Of a stretch of DNA of 64,000 nt, positions 29,818-39,362 are shown one piece after another (position 1 is the first letter of the stretch; each line of letters opens with the position of its first letter). Source of the DNA: Candidatus Enterousia sp. (GTDB lineage: Bacteria; Pseudomonadota; Alphaproteobacteria; Rs-D84); the NCBI GenBank assembly GCA_045606425.1, contig JAZURV010000004.1, positions 120,987 to 184,986 on the forward strand, read 5' to 3'. Both the position numbers and the translations under genes were made by a program. The notes under the pieces are model-generated. The model ran no database searches. It had not been told where the DNA came from and saw nothing but the letters and a program-made list of their open reading frames with translations.

Positions 29818-31032
29818 TTATTTACGGCCCGACCACAAAATTATTGTGGACAAAACACCCATAATTGCGGTGATTATCCAGACCGCAGATGTTGTTCCAA
29901 ACAATGTAATTGCCAAAGTTCCCATAATTGGAATCAACACACTGGGGAAATTTACAGATGTTCTGAACACCCCATAATATTTTGCCTGTTCGCGTCGTGG
30001 TATATCGTTAAAGAACAACAAATCATGCGACGATTCCATAAACGCACCAGATATCTGCCACAGAACAAACACAGCCAACAACGCATATCCAGACAACATC
30101 ATCGCCATAACAGACAATCCTGCAAACGATAAAAATCCGATTGTCATCCAAATTCTGACACCATATTTTTGTATCAGTTTACCAATGAACAAATTCATTA
30201 CTATATACGGAATAATTCCAATCGACAAAACTATACCCAATGTTTCGTTTGAAAAACCATTTTCAATAACAACGATTGGCACATACAGTAATCGCATCGC
30301 ACGAAGTGCGAAAAATCCAAAATTCACCATATACGCCCGCAACATACCCGGCATTTTAAAGAAAGATTTTGCAGTTATACGCAACGCACGAATTGTTCTG
30401 TGCAAATTCACAGGCTTTATAATTTTGTCTTCCTGGACAATACCAAAATGTTTAAAGAACAACAAACCAAAGAAATAAATCATGCCCGCCGCCAAAAATG
30501 GCATTCTGTAATTTCCACCAAAATACCCAACAACCCACATCGCGAACATTGGTGCAACAAACGCCCCTACATTTTCCCACAACAACCGACGCGCATTTAC
30601 ACGCGCCATACCAATACCGCGCGAAAATTCAGACATAAACAACGGCAACAAAATTCCAAACATAGTCGATGCAAAACAAACCACATAATCCAGCATAATA
30701 AATGTCGATGGTTTAACAGAAAAACTCATCATCGAATAGCACGCACCCATCGCCGCCATGGATATATATAACAACCTGGTTTTTGTGAACCAATGTAAAA
30801 TTTGCGCAGAAAAAATTCCAACAACCACAGCAAATGTCGCGTATAACGCAGCATACACACCAACCGCAGCGGATGCCATTTCTTCATTAAAAAATTCTTT
30901 AAATATTCCCAACAAAACCAGGGAATACACAGCATGCACGACACCCGAACCAAACCCAGTAAACAACCCCAGATTTGCAAACGAATATCCAGTGACATTA
31001 TTATTTATAGAAAGATATTTTTCTTTTCTCAC
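29818..31032 (-). CDS. MFS transporter
   Basis: 404 aa with about 12 predicted TM helices. Confidence 0.65.
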   Translation of the reverse strand: MRKEKYLSINNNVTGYSFANLGLFTGFGSGVVHAVYSLVLLGIFKEFFNEEMASAAVGVYAALYATFAVVVGIFSAQILHWFTKTRLLYISMAAMGACYSMMSFSVKPSTFIMLDYVVCFASTMFGILLPLFMSEFSRGIGMARVNARRLLWENVGAFVAPMFAMWVVGYFGGNYRMPFLAAGMIYFFGLLFFKHFGIVQEDKIIKPVNLHRTIRALRITAKSFFKMPGMLRAYMVNFGFFALRAMRLLYVPIVVIENGFSNETLGIVLSIGIIPYIVMNLFIGKLIQKYGVRIWMTIGFLSFAGLSVMAMMLSGYALLAVFVLWQISGAFMESSHDLLFFNDIPRREQAKYYGVFRTSVNFPSVLIPIMGTLAITLFGTTSAVWIITAIMGVLSTIILWSGRK

Positions 31033-31086
31033 TTTTTCCCCTGCATAATAAATGTATCATAAATAAATTATTTTAAAACATATTTT

Positions 31087-31566
31087 TTAAATATCGAATC
31101 TGGAAGTATTCGCATGCGTCAGCGCAATCGCAATTGCGTCACTTTCATCTGGTGTTTTTGGATGCGCGGTCGGCAATAAAATTGACAACATTTTATATAT
31201 TTGGTCTTTGTCAGCATGTCCAACCCCGGTCAACGCTTTCTTTACTTTGTTTGGTTCGTATTCAAAAACCGGGATATTATTCACAGCAACCGCAGTTATC
31301 GCCGCCGCACGCGCGTGTCCCAACAACAAAGTAGTCTTGCCATTTTTATTTACAAAGATAACTTCGATACTGCATTCTGTCGGATTAAATTCGCGGCACA
31401 ATTCCTGGATACCATTAAATATGAATGCCAACCTTTCTGGTAACGGCGATTTTACCGGGGGCAAAATAACACCGCTGGCAATATATTTACGATTTGAACC
31501 TGCGACATCTATAATCGCCCAACCAGTATGCAAAAGTCCAGGGTCAATCCCAATAATTCGTTTCAT
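31087..31566 (-). CDS. ruvC: Holliday junction resolvase RuvC
   Basis: 159 aa; IIGIDPGL N-terminal catalytic Asp; RuvC-family acidic residues. Confidence 0.9.
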   Translation of the reverse strand: MKRIIGIDPGLLHTGWAIIDVAGSNRKYIASGVILPPVKSPLPERLAFIFNGIQELCREFNPTECSIEVIFVNKNGKTTLLLGHARAAAITAVAVNNIPVFEYEPNKVKKALTGVGHADKDQIYKMLSILLPTAHPKTPDESDAIAIALTHANTSRFDI

Positions 31567-31571
31567 ATTTT

Positions 31572-31907
31572 TTATTTCCGTATTGTTATTTTATTGACCG
31601 CATCACGCCCATAATAATTATCTATTTTATTTTTTATTTCGTCCAACTTGTACGACAATTCCAGCGCAAACGCAGGCGATATTGGTCGCAAAGCGATATT
31701 AAATTTTTTATCACGCGATAATTTTATTGCAACAACATTTGATATTTTTGCGACATCGTCACCGACTATTTTTTTCCAGTTGTTTATCAAATCGGCGTCA
31801 CCCACGCGTCCACCAAACATTTCAATCAGACAACCGAACGCGGCTGCCAGCGTCTGTGGGCGCGATTTGCGTATATCCATTTTTGTTTTTTTATCTTGGT
31901 TTAACAT
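31572..31907 (-). CDS. DUF721 (DciA-like) family protein
   Basis: 111 aa; the C-terminal segment resembles DUF721 proteins. It overlaps the mltA 3' end by 17 nt. Confidence 0.45.
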   Translation of the reverse strand: MLNQDKKTKMDIRKSRPQTLAAAFGCLIEMFGGRVGDADLINNWKKIVGDDVAKISNVVAIKLSRDKKFNIALRPISPAFALELSYKLDEIKNKIDNYYGRDAVNKITIRK

Positions 31908-32985
31908 AACTGTATTCTTTTGGCATCAGTATAAACATTTGACCCTGGGAATGTTGTCCGTGCGCGACACGGTACGCATCGTCCCCAGAACCGAAAAAGA
32001 TATCTGCGCGTATCCAACCCTTTATCGCACCACCTGTATCCTGGGCAATCATCAAACGATTAAACGCGCGTCCATCAGACAGTGTTGTATTTATATACAC
32101 AGGTAAACCCAATGTGTATAAACTATCGTCCATCGCGACACTGCGAATTTTGGACAGTGGTGTTCCCAATTTTCCAATAACACTTTTTTGTTCTGTTTCA
32201 TAGAAATAGACATAGCGTGGATTGTTATAAATAACCTCTTTCGCCAATTTTGGATTTTTCTTCAAATGCGTCCACACTGCATCGGCACTATATCCACCAT
32301 CTGGTTTAATACCGCGGTCCTGTAATTGTTTTCCAATGGATTTAAACGGCATATCATTCACTGCGGCAAAATTTAATTTGACCATTGTGCCGTCTTCCAG
32401 TTTTAACATACCACTGCCCTGAATTTGCAAATTTTGTACATCAACAATATTTGCCCAATATAAAACACGCCCTATTTTTTTATTCACGATATCTTTTTTT
32501 GATACACCCTTATATGAACGACCGTCTATTGGCACCCCCATAATTGGTTCATTACAGGTTGCGGTTCTGGTCTTGCAACCTGGAATCACAGGTGAATAAT
32601 ATCCGGTATAGGTTCCCGTTTTTCCGCCGTTTTCATTATAAACCTGGTACGGTTGAAAATTAGATTCAAACCATGCACGCACAGTTTTCACATCAGCCGA
32701 AGCACTTGGCAACATATTGCATTTTTCCCGCAATAATTCTGGGTCTGGGATAACAGAACCCTTGTATTGAATTTTCGCATTACAAGTATTCCGGAATGCC
32801 TGCAAGGCATAGCGCACATCGTCATCACGCCAGCCTGGCAATGCCGAATACGACACAGCAGTAAAATTAGACGGTATTTTGGAATTATCACCCTGGTGCG
32901 TCGGGGCAGACAAATCACAGCCAGAAACCAGCGCAACAAAACCCACAATAAAACTAAAACGAACAAAATTATTAAATATTGACAT
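31891..32985 (-). CDS. mltA: Membrane-bound lytic murein transglycosylase A (MltA family lipoprotein)
   Basis: 364 aa; lipoprotein signal with lipobox LVSGC; MltA-family 3D-domain region (RSVAMDDSLYTLGLPVYI). Confidence 0.75.
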   Translation of the reverse strand: MSIFNNFVRFSFIVGFVALVSGCDLSAPTHQGDNSKIPSNFTAVSYSALPGWRDDDVRYALQAFRNTCNAKIQYKGSVIPDPELLREKCNMLPSASADVKTVRAWFESNFQPYQVYNENGGKTGTYTGYYSPVIPGCKTRTATCNEPIMGVPIDGRSYKGVSKKDIVNKKIGRVLYWANIVDVQNLQIQGSGMLKLEDGTMVKLNFAAVNDMPFKSIGKQLQDRGIKPDGGYSADAVWTHLKKNPKLAKEVIYNNPRYVYFYETEQKSVIGKLGTPLSKIRSVAMDDSLYTLGLPVYINTTLSDGRAFNRLMIAQDTGGAIKGWIRADIFFGSGDDAYRVAHGQHSQGQMFILMPKEYSYVKPR

Positions 32986-33067
32986 TTTAATTATCCCCCC
33001 ACTTGTAAAAACTATTTCTTAGTGCTATATTATCATAAAACGATGGATAAAAAAAGGAGCAAATATA

Positions 33068-33517
33068 ATGCCAAAGTTTAATATTATATCTCAATTCTTG
33101 AAAGACATCTCTTTCGAAAGCCCAAATGTACCTGAATTATTCTTTAAACAGGACGCCGGCCCGGCAAAAATGGAAATCAACATAGATATAAATATCAAAG
33201 GTGCCGAAAACAATTTATTTATGGTTGATTTGATAACGCGCGTTCATTCTAAATTGGAAAAAGAAGACAAATCAGTATTTATGATTGAATCCACCTATAC
33301 AGGAATGGTCCAATACGAAGAAAAAGACGAAGAAACCAAGAAAAAGACATTATTGATTGATGTTCCAACATTGTTGTTCCCTTATGTTCGCGCATTGGTA
33401 ACCAGATTGACCGCTGAATCAGGTTTTCCACCACTTTCCATGCCATTGGTTGATTTTGCAGACCTGTACGAACAAAGACAAAAACAATCGGCAGCGCAAC
33501 AACCTGCAAATCAGTAA
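33068..33517 (+). CDS. secB: Protein-export chaperone SecB
   Basis: 149 aa; SecB family similarity with an acidic C-terminus. Confidence 0.85.
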   Translation: MPKFNIISQFLKDISFESPNVPELFFKQDAGPAKMEINIDINIKGAENNLFMVDLITRVHSKLEKEDKSVFMIESTYTGMVQYEEKDEETKKKTLLIDVPTLLFPYVRALVTRLTAESGFPPLSMPLVDFADLYEQRQKQSAAQQPANQ

Positions 33518-33530
33518 AAATAAAATGATA

Positions 33531-33560
33531 AAAAACGCCGCTCAACCGAGCGGTGTTTTT
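33531..33560. terminator. Bidirectional rho-independent terminator
   Basis: aaaaacgccgctcaaccgagcggtgttttt between convergent secB and paralog-A ORF. Confidence 0.7.
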
Positions 33561-33933
33561 ATTCGCAATATTTATTTTTATAAACTTCTATTGCTGTATC
33601 AAACCAAAAATATGGTTGATTTCGTGCACATAATTCCCGAACAAAAGAATCATAAATATCTGGTCTAAAAACCAAAAAATCACAAAAATACGCATTTACC
33701 AAATTCCATTCTGACGCAAACAGAAAAAGTTCGTCTGTGAATCCGTCCGCATAATCTTCCCTGTCCATAAAAAAGGTATCGCCATCTGTAAAGAAATAAA
33801 TCGTACCGCGCCTGTCCAGTGCACCAGATTGTGATATCATAAAAAACAACATTTTTGATGAAATGTCTTTTCTTACCGCACCTGGTGTTGTTCTTTGGAA
33901 ATTGACGCGCTTTATACAAATTGAATTTTCCAT
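33559..33933 (-). CDS. Hypothetical 124-aa protein, paralog A (about 80% identical to the 37197..37571 product)
   Basis: The probable start is the internal Met (MENSICIK) with an aggga SD. The frame is conserved between the two diverged copies. No recognised domain. Confidence 0.6.
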   Translation of the reverse strand: MENSICIKRVNFQRTTPGAVRKDISSKMLFFMISQSGALDRRGTIYFFTDGDTFFMDREDYADGFTDELFLFASEWNLVNAYFCDFLVFRPDIYDSFVRELCARNQPYFWFDTAIEVYKNKYCE

Positions 33934-34150
33934 ATTATCCCTGTCTTTTGTAAAAAACAAAGACCACTAAAAAATAAGTCGTCGGGGGTTAGAACAGCAT
34001 AGTAGTGAATGCTCCACCAAAGTGGCACCCCGCCCATAAGTCAGGGATATGGCACAAAAGCACCATAAACAGATTACGATGCTTATTGCACCGCACTACT
34101 ACGGGATGTTCTAAATCCCTAACCCAATTCCCATTGGATTCATGTATTAT
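33934..34150 (-). promoter_or_regulatory. Structured RNA leader/attenuator element, copy A
   Basis: About 200 nt upstream of paralog A. The 5' end carries the dyad CCAATTCCCATTGG (34124-34137). A multi-stem core includes P1 (GUAGUAGUG/CACUACUAU) and a CCAC-UUUG-GUGG hairpin. A weak terminator-like hairpin with U-run lies immediately before the start codon. It is homologous to copy B (36960..37196) with compensatory P1 changes. Confidence 0.6.
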
Positions 34151-34154
34151 TATA

Positions 34155-34205
34155 ATTGTGATTATTCAAAAAAGCAACTAAAAACGGCGCATCTGCGCCG
34201 TTCAA
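34155..34205 (-). terminator. Rho-independent terminator downstream of yebC
   Basis: Minus-strand hairpin aacggcgcagatgcgccgtt followed by tttagttgctttttt. Confidence 0.55.
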
Positions 34206-34309
34206 AAAACAAATTAGAATGATAAAGATGCGAAACCGTTGGTAAGCGTAGTGTAGTAGACCTACATGAGCGCACCAACGGCAAGCAGATTTATTATTAT
34301 AATTTGTTT

Positions 34310-35026
34310 TTACGCTGCGGCAGTGAATACTTTCTGAACATCATCATTCGCATCCAGCGCGTCAACCAATCTTTCAATTTTGGCATACGCTTCATCGTCT
34401 AAATCCATCGGCATATTTGGAACCCATGTGATTTCTGCGTTTTCTGGTTCACCCAATTTATCAGCCAATGCCTTTTGAATATTCATGAAATTATCTGGTT
34501 TTGTTGTGATTATGAAACCTTCTTCTGACGATTCCAGGTTATCTGCGTCAACTTCCATAACCAATTCCATCATTTCGTCTTCGCTTTTACCAATGGACGC
34601 CGGATACATAATCTGACCAACATGTGAAAACATGAAAACAACAGAACCTTCTTCGCCCATATTGCCACCGTTTTTGGCAAAAATATTACGAATTTCTGGC
34701 ACTGTACGGCGTGGATTATCGGTCAAGGCTTCTACAATAACAGGAACCGCGTTTGGGCCATAACCTTCATAACGCACTGCAACAAAGTTATCAGTATTTG
34801 CACCCGACGCCTTTTCAATTGCGCGTTTAATGTTATCGTTCGGCATAGACGCCTTGCGTGCCTGCAAAATTGCCAAACGCAATCTTGGGTTATTATCAGG
34901 ATTTTTATCACCCAATTTTGCCGCCATAGTTATTTCACGCGCCAGTTTAGTAAACAAACCACTGCGTGCCGCATCAACCAATCCTTTTTTGTGTTGGATG
35001 TTGTGCCATTTACTGTGTCCACTCAT
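34310..35026 (-). CDS. yebC: YebC/PmpR family DNA-binding transcriptional regulator
   Basis: 238 aa; MSGHSKWHNIQHKKG N-terminal signature. Confidence 0.9.
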   Translation of the reverse strand: MSGHSKWHNIQHKKGLVDAARSGLFTKLAREITMAAKLGDKNPDNNPRLRLAILQARKASMPNDNIKRAIEKASGANTDNFVAVRYEGYGPNAVPVIVEALTDNPRRTVPEIRNIFAKNGGNMGEEGSVVFMFSHVGQIMYPASIGKSEDEMMELVMEVDADNLESSEEGFIITTKPDNFMNIQKALADKLGEPENAEITWVPNMPMDLDDEAYAKIERLVDALDANDDVQKVFTAAA

Positions 35027-35076
35027 ATTTGACCTTTTGATTTAATTATATTAAAATTACACCAAAAGGATAACAA

Positions 35077-35646
35077 ATGATTGGAAAATTGCAAGGCGTA
35101 ATTGACTATATCGGTTCTGATTTCGTTATTTTGATGGCTGGACCCGTTGGGTACAAGGTCTATACGCCGGAAATCTTGACATTAAAGTCAACTGTCGCGC
35201 TTTGGATTGAAACGATTGTGCGCGAAGATTCTATAAGGTTATTTGGGTTTTCAACCATTGCCGGACAAAACCTGTTTAATCAACTGACCACCGTGTCTGG
35301 CGTTGGGCCAAAGGTTGCCATGGCGATTATGGGAACAATAAAAACAGATACACTTATGTCGGCGATTGCAACCGGCGACGCAAAAACAATCGCAACTGCC
35401 CCGGGGGTCGGGAAAAAAGTTGCTGAAAAAATCATAGTTGAATTAAAGAATAAAATGGGTGGTGCTGCGTTTGATTTTGGCACCGACAACAGCGGCGCCC
35501 TGCCCGATTTATTGGCGGCACTGGAATCCCTTGGTTATCGCCGTATGGATATTATCGACATGGCACAAAAATTGGTATCCAATAATCCAGACGCAAATGT
35601 TGCAAAACTGGTACCATTGGCATTAAAAGAAATAAGCGGTAAATAA
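35077..35646 (+). CDS. ruvA: Holliday junction DNA helicase RuvA
   Basis: 189 aa; MIGKLQG start and HhH motifs. Confidence 0.9.
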   Translation: MIGKLQGVIDYIGSDFVILMAGPVGYKVYTPEILTLKSTVALWIETIVREDSIRLFGFSTIAGQNLFNQLTTVSGVGPKVAMAIMGTIKTDTLMSAIATGDAKTIATAPGVGKKVAEKIIVELKNKMGGAAFDFGTDNSGALPDLLAALESLGYRRMDIIDMAQKLVSNNPDANVAKLVPLALKEISGK

Positions 35647-35649
35647 AAT

Positions 35650-36942
35650 ATGAATAACGATACAATATTTGCTTTATCAAGCGCACATGGAAAATCTGGT
35701 GTTGCAGTTATACGCATCAGCGGAAATGATTTGTCTGGTTTATTTAAACGCATTATAAACAAACCAGAATTTGAATCGCGTCACGCCTATTTCACAAATT
35801 TTCGCGATGATAACGGCAATTTAATCGACCAATGTATTGCTATATTTTTTGCCGCGCCAAATTCTTTTACTGGCGAAGATATTATTGAAATTCATTCACA
35901 TGGCGCACCGGCTGTTATAGATAAAATATTTGATTTTTTGCGCGGGCTTGGCGCACGAATTGCACAGCGCGGTGAATTTTCACGACGCGCATTTTATAAC
36001 AACAAAATGGATTTAACAGATGTCGATGGTTTAATCGCCCTGCTTGATGCACAAACAGATAAACAACGCGAATCCGCCCTTAAATCTTTAACAGGTGGCG
36101 ATTCAATCATGTATAAAAATTGGCGCGATAAAATGATTGAAATATCTGCCTATGCGGCGGCAATCCTGGATTATGACGCAGATGATTTACCAAAAGATAT
36201 CGATAAAAAAATATTACTGGAAACACAAAATTTATTAAAAGAAATCACAGAATCGACATCTAATTATCGCGCGTCGCGTGCAATTCAAAATGGGTTTAAT
36301 ATCGTTCTGGTTGGTGAAACAAATGTTGGAAAATCGTCCATCTTTAATAAATTGGTTGGTTCAAATCGTGCGATAGTTTCCGATATTGCCGGAACCACAC
36401 GTGATGTAGTGTCCCAACAAATAGATATTGACGGATATCTGGTAAACCTGTCCGATACGGCGGGAATCCGCGAAGCAACAGATGCTGTTGAAAAAATTGG
36501 CATTGAACGCACTCATGAAGAAACAAGAAATGCAGATTTAATTATCCATGTTTATAACGAATTGCCAAAAACAATAAACGAAAATGAAATCATCGTTATA
36601 AACAAAAGCGATTTATTAAAAAACAAATCAAACAAAAATGTAATTTATACATCGGCGAAAAATGGCGCGGGTTTTGATGAATTATTAAACGCAATTAAAA
36701 CAAAAATGCATGAATTGATGGGCGGGGCTGAATCTAAAATCACAATCAACGAACGCACATACGAATTATTAAATGAAACCATTTCCGAACTAAGAAATGC
36801 AATAAATAAATACGACGGCAATTATGATATCTTTGCAGAACATGTCCGTCGTGCAGGTGATGCAATTGGAAAGATTTTGGGGGTAATAACAACGAATGAA
36901 ATCGCCGATGCTACATTTTCAAGATTGTGTCTGGGGAAATAA
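35650..36942 (+). CDS. mnmE: tRNA modification GTPase MnmE (TrmE)
   Basis: 430 aa; G domain GETNVGKSS and C-terminal CLGK. Confidence 0.92.
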   Translation: MNNDTIFALSSAHGKSGVAVIRISGNDLSGLFKRIINKPEFESRHAYFTNFRDDNGNLIDQCIAIFFAAPNSFTGEDIIEIHSHGAPAVIDKIFDFLRGLGARIAQRGEFSRRAFYNNKMDLTDVDGLIALLDAQTDKQRESALKSLTGGDSIMYKNWRDKMIEISAYAAAILDYDADDLPKDIDKKILLETQNLLKEITESTSNYRASRAIQNGFNIVLVGETNVGKSSIFNKLVGSNRAIVSDIAGTTRDVVSQQIDIDGYLVNLSDTAGIREATDAVEKIGIERTHEETRNADLIIHVYNELPKTINENEIIVINKSDLLKNKSNKNVIYTSAKNGAGFDELLNAIKTKMHELMGGAESKITINERTYELLNETISELRNAINKYDGNYDIFAEHVRRAGDAIGKILGVITTNEIADATFSRLCLGK

Positions 36943-36959
36943 ATACATTTGCTTTTCTA

Positions 36960-37196
36960 AATAATCCAATTTATAATAATATATGAATCCAATGGGAATT
37001 GGGTTTGGGATTTAGAACATCTCTCTATCTAGGCGGTGCATAAAGCATCGTAATCCGCTTATGGTGCTTTTGTGCCATATTCCCTGACTTATGGTCGGGG
37101 TGCCACTTCGGTGGAGCATGCCTAGATATGCTGTTCTAACCCCCGACCGCTTGTTTTTTTCAGCGGTCTTTGTTTTTTACAAAAGACAGGGATAAT
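36960..37196 (+). promoter_or_regulatory. Structured RNA leader/attenuator element, copy B
   Basis: Dyad CCAATGGGAATTGG (36989-37002). P1 is AUCUAGGC (37027-37034) pairing with GCCUAGAU (37120-37127), enclosing sub-hairpins including CCAC-UUCG-GUGG. A terminator hairpin gaccgc..gcggtc (37145-37168) plus T-run ends 16 nt before the ATG at 37197. Confidence 0.65.
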
Positions 37197-37571
37197 ATGG
37201 AAAATTCAATTTGTATAAAGGGCGTCAATTTCCAAAGAACAACACCAGGTGCGGTAAGAAACGATATTTCATCAAAAATGTTGTTTTTTATGATATCACA
37301 ATCTGGTGCACTGGACAGGCGCGGTACGATTTATTTCTTTACGCCAACCGGCGCTTACTTTATGGAACTGGAAGATTATACAGCCGAATTCAAAGATGAA
37401 CTTTTTATATTCACATCAGAATGGAATTTGGTAAATGCATATTTTTGTGATTTTTTGATTATAAGACCAGATGTTTATGATTCTTTTATTCACGAATTAT
37501 GTGCAAAAAACATTCGTGATTTTTGGTTTGATACGGCAATAGAAATTTATCGAAATAAATATTGCGAATAA
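37197..37571 (+). CDS. Hypothetical 124-aa protein, paralog B
   Basis: MENSICIKGVNFQRTTPG...; about 80% identical to paralog A. It is oriented away from the central yebC-ruvA-mnmE segment, mirroring copy A. Confidence 0.6.
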   Translation: MENSICIKGVNFQRTTPGAVRNDISSKMLFFMISQSGALDRRGTIYFFTPTGAYFMELEDYTAEFKDELFIFTSEWNLVNAYFCDFLIIRPDVYDSFIHELCAKNIRDFWFDTAIEIYRNKYCE

Positions 37572-37600
37572 AAAAACGCCCAAACGGGCGTTTCTTTATT
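37571..37600. terminator. Bidirectional rho-independent terminator
   Basis: aaaaaacgcccaaacgggcgtttctttatt between paralog B and the convergent fadD-like gene 1. Confidence 0.7.
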
Positions 37601-39176
37601 CTTTTCTGTCTGGATATTTACCATTTATCAAATTCTTGCGCACTTCGTGGTGTTTAATCTTTTGAGTGCTGGTCATCGGCAAATCTTCCGTTGTCATCGC
37701 AAAATGGGTCACCCATTTATAGGATGCAACTTTTTTATTTTGTTCTGCGATTTCTTTGGAAAGTTTATCCATTGTCATATCTTTGTCGACACTGAAAACC
37801 CCATATGAAACAGTCTTGTCCCCAACCTTGTGTTCAAAGACAGCAACATTTTTAACGCCTTCGATTTCCAGATAAAGTGCTTCCAATTCATCAGGATAAA
37901 CATTTTTACCGCTGTCCAAAACAATTACTTGTTTTTTACGGCCGGCAAAGTGCAATTCGCCATTTTTATCCATGTACATCATGTCCCCAGTATTAAACCA
38001 ACCGTCTTGGTCAAATACAGTCGCATTGACTTCATCATTATTCAGATATCCATTAAACACCTGATGTCCACGCAACCATAAAACACCAACGCCATTTTCA
38101 TCTTTGTCGCGAATTTCGCATTCATTATTAGATGTTGGCGCCCCAACTGAATAAGCCAATCTTTTATTTGTTGGTTTGGAAATACAGATTGGTCCAACAG
38201 TTTCAGTCAAACCGTATCCCTGAATAAATGCCAGACCAAGCGATTCATAGAAATTTTCAACCTCTGGCTTGGTCGCGGCACCACCTGCAATCAGCAACTT
38301 TGCGCGTCCACCAAAAACATTTAACAAAGGTTCCTGAACTTTACGGACAAAGAAATCCAATCCCATATCTTTCAATGTTTTTTGGTTTCTTAAAATAAAT
38401 GATGCGACACGCCATTTATTTTGTTCTTTCATTGTTGTTATAATCTTGTTACGGAACAATTCCCAAACACGTGGAACGGCAGGTATAACATGCGGTTGGA
38501 ATTTCTTGAAATCGTCCAAGATATATTTTGGATTTATTGTTGGCTGCAAAACGAGTGACGCACCATAATGAATTGTTGCCAAAATACCGATTGCAAAACC
38601 GAATATATGATACAGTGGCAAAAATCCATACATAACATCACCAGAATGGAAATATTCAGACATATCTTCCAATGAATTTGCGCATTCTGTTAAATTAAAG
38701 TGTGTCAGTGGCACAACCTTTGGTGTTCCGGTTGACCCAGATGTAAACGACAGCGTCGCAACATCTGTGGATTCAGACGGATATGGGCGCAAATCATAAT
38801 CTATGTCGCCATCTTTTTTTGTTATGTCATAGAATTTAAATTTGTCTGTTTTATAAAAGAACGATGGTTCTGCGCACACAAATTTGCACCCCACGATTTC
38901 ACACATTTTATCATATTCGATTGGTGTTAAATTTGTATCCAGCATCAAAACCGTTCCACCCAAATACCATACCGCAAACAAAGTCAATGGGAACTGGGGC
39001 AAATTATGCGATAAAACACCAACAATATCGCCATGTTTGATACCCATTTTATTTAATGTTGCTGCACGGGCGCGAACCTGGTCTATAAATTGTGCATAGG
39101 TCACATTTTCACGAACCAGAAACAAATTTTCCGGCCATTGGTTCACTGCGTTTTCTAATTTTTGATACATATTCAT
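37596..39176 (-). CDS. AMP-dependent synthetase/ligase (long-chain acyl-CoA/acyl-ACP synthetase, FadD-like), copy 1
   Basis: AMP-binding motifs TSGSTGTPKVV, YGLTE, GWFNTGD, GRKKQVIVLDSGKNVYPDELE and C-terminal LPMTSTQK. The probable start is MNMYQKL at 39176; the ORF-track N-terminus extends 12 aa further to 39212. Confidence 0.8.
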   Translation of the reverse strand: MNMYQKLENAVNQWPENLFLVRENVTYAQFIDQVRARAATLNKMGIKHGDIVGVLSHNLPQFPLTLFAVWYLGGTVLMLDTNLTPIEYDKMCEIVGCKFVCAEPSFFYKTDKFKFYDITKKDGDIDYDLRPYPSESTDVATLSFTSGSTGTPKVVPLTHFNLTECANSLEDMSEYFHSGDVMYGFLPLYHIFGFAIGILATIHYGASLVLQPTINPKYILDDFKKFQPHVIPAVPRVWELFRNKIITTMKEQNKWRVASFILRNQKTLKDMGLDFFVRKVQEPLLNVFGGRAKLLIAGGAATKPEVENFYESLGLAFIQGYGLTETVGPICISKPTNKRLAYSVGAPTSNNECEIRDKDENGVGVLWLRGHQVFNGYLNNDEVNATVFDQDGWFNTGDMMYMDKNGELHFAGRKKQVIVLDSGKNVYPDELEALYLEIEGVKNVAVFEHKVGDKTVSYGVFSVDKDMTMDKLSKEIAEQNKKVASYKWVTHFAMTTEDLPMTSTQKIKHHEVRKNLINGKYPDRKE

Positions 39177-39330
39177 TTTAATATCCTTTTTGTTTACTTT
39201 TTCGCTCGACACACAATAAAAAAAATCAAAAAAATCTTGTGAACTTCAATTTTTTAAGCTTTTTTTAATTGTGTGTTCTCGTATTCGCTCGCTTGGCACA
39301 ATTTGTGCCGGCTGCGCGGATAACGCAACG

Positions 39331-39362
39331 ATTGCGGAAGCAGTATTCACTGCTTCCGCAAT
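39331..39362. repeat. Perfect 13-bp-stem palindrome between fadD-like copies 2 and 1
   Basis: attgcggaagcag-tattca-ctgcttccgcaat lies 7 nt after the fadD-like-2 stop. There is no downstream U-run on the minus strand. Nearby palindromes are ggcacaatttgtgcc (39293-39308) and acacacaatt/aattgtgtgt (39199-39208 / 39268-39277). Confidence 0.5.

Noticed and set aside
33559-33960. Duplicated 133-aa ORFs as an IS200/IS605-type TnpA with an adjacent omega-RNA/MITE
   Set aside because: The protein lacks the HuH (HxH) and catalytic Tyr motifs of Y1 transposases. The element has no terminal inverted repeats or target-site duplication. The cis-regulatory leader interpretation fits better.
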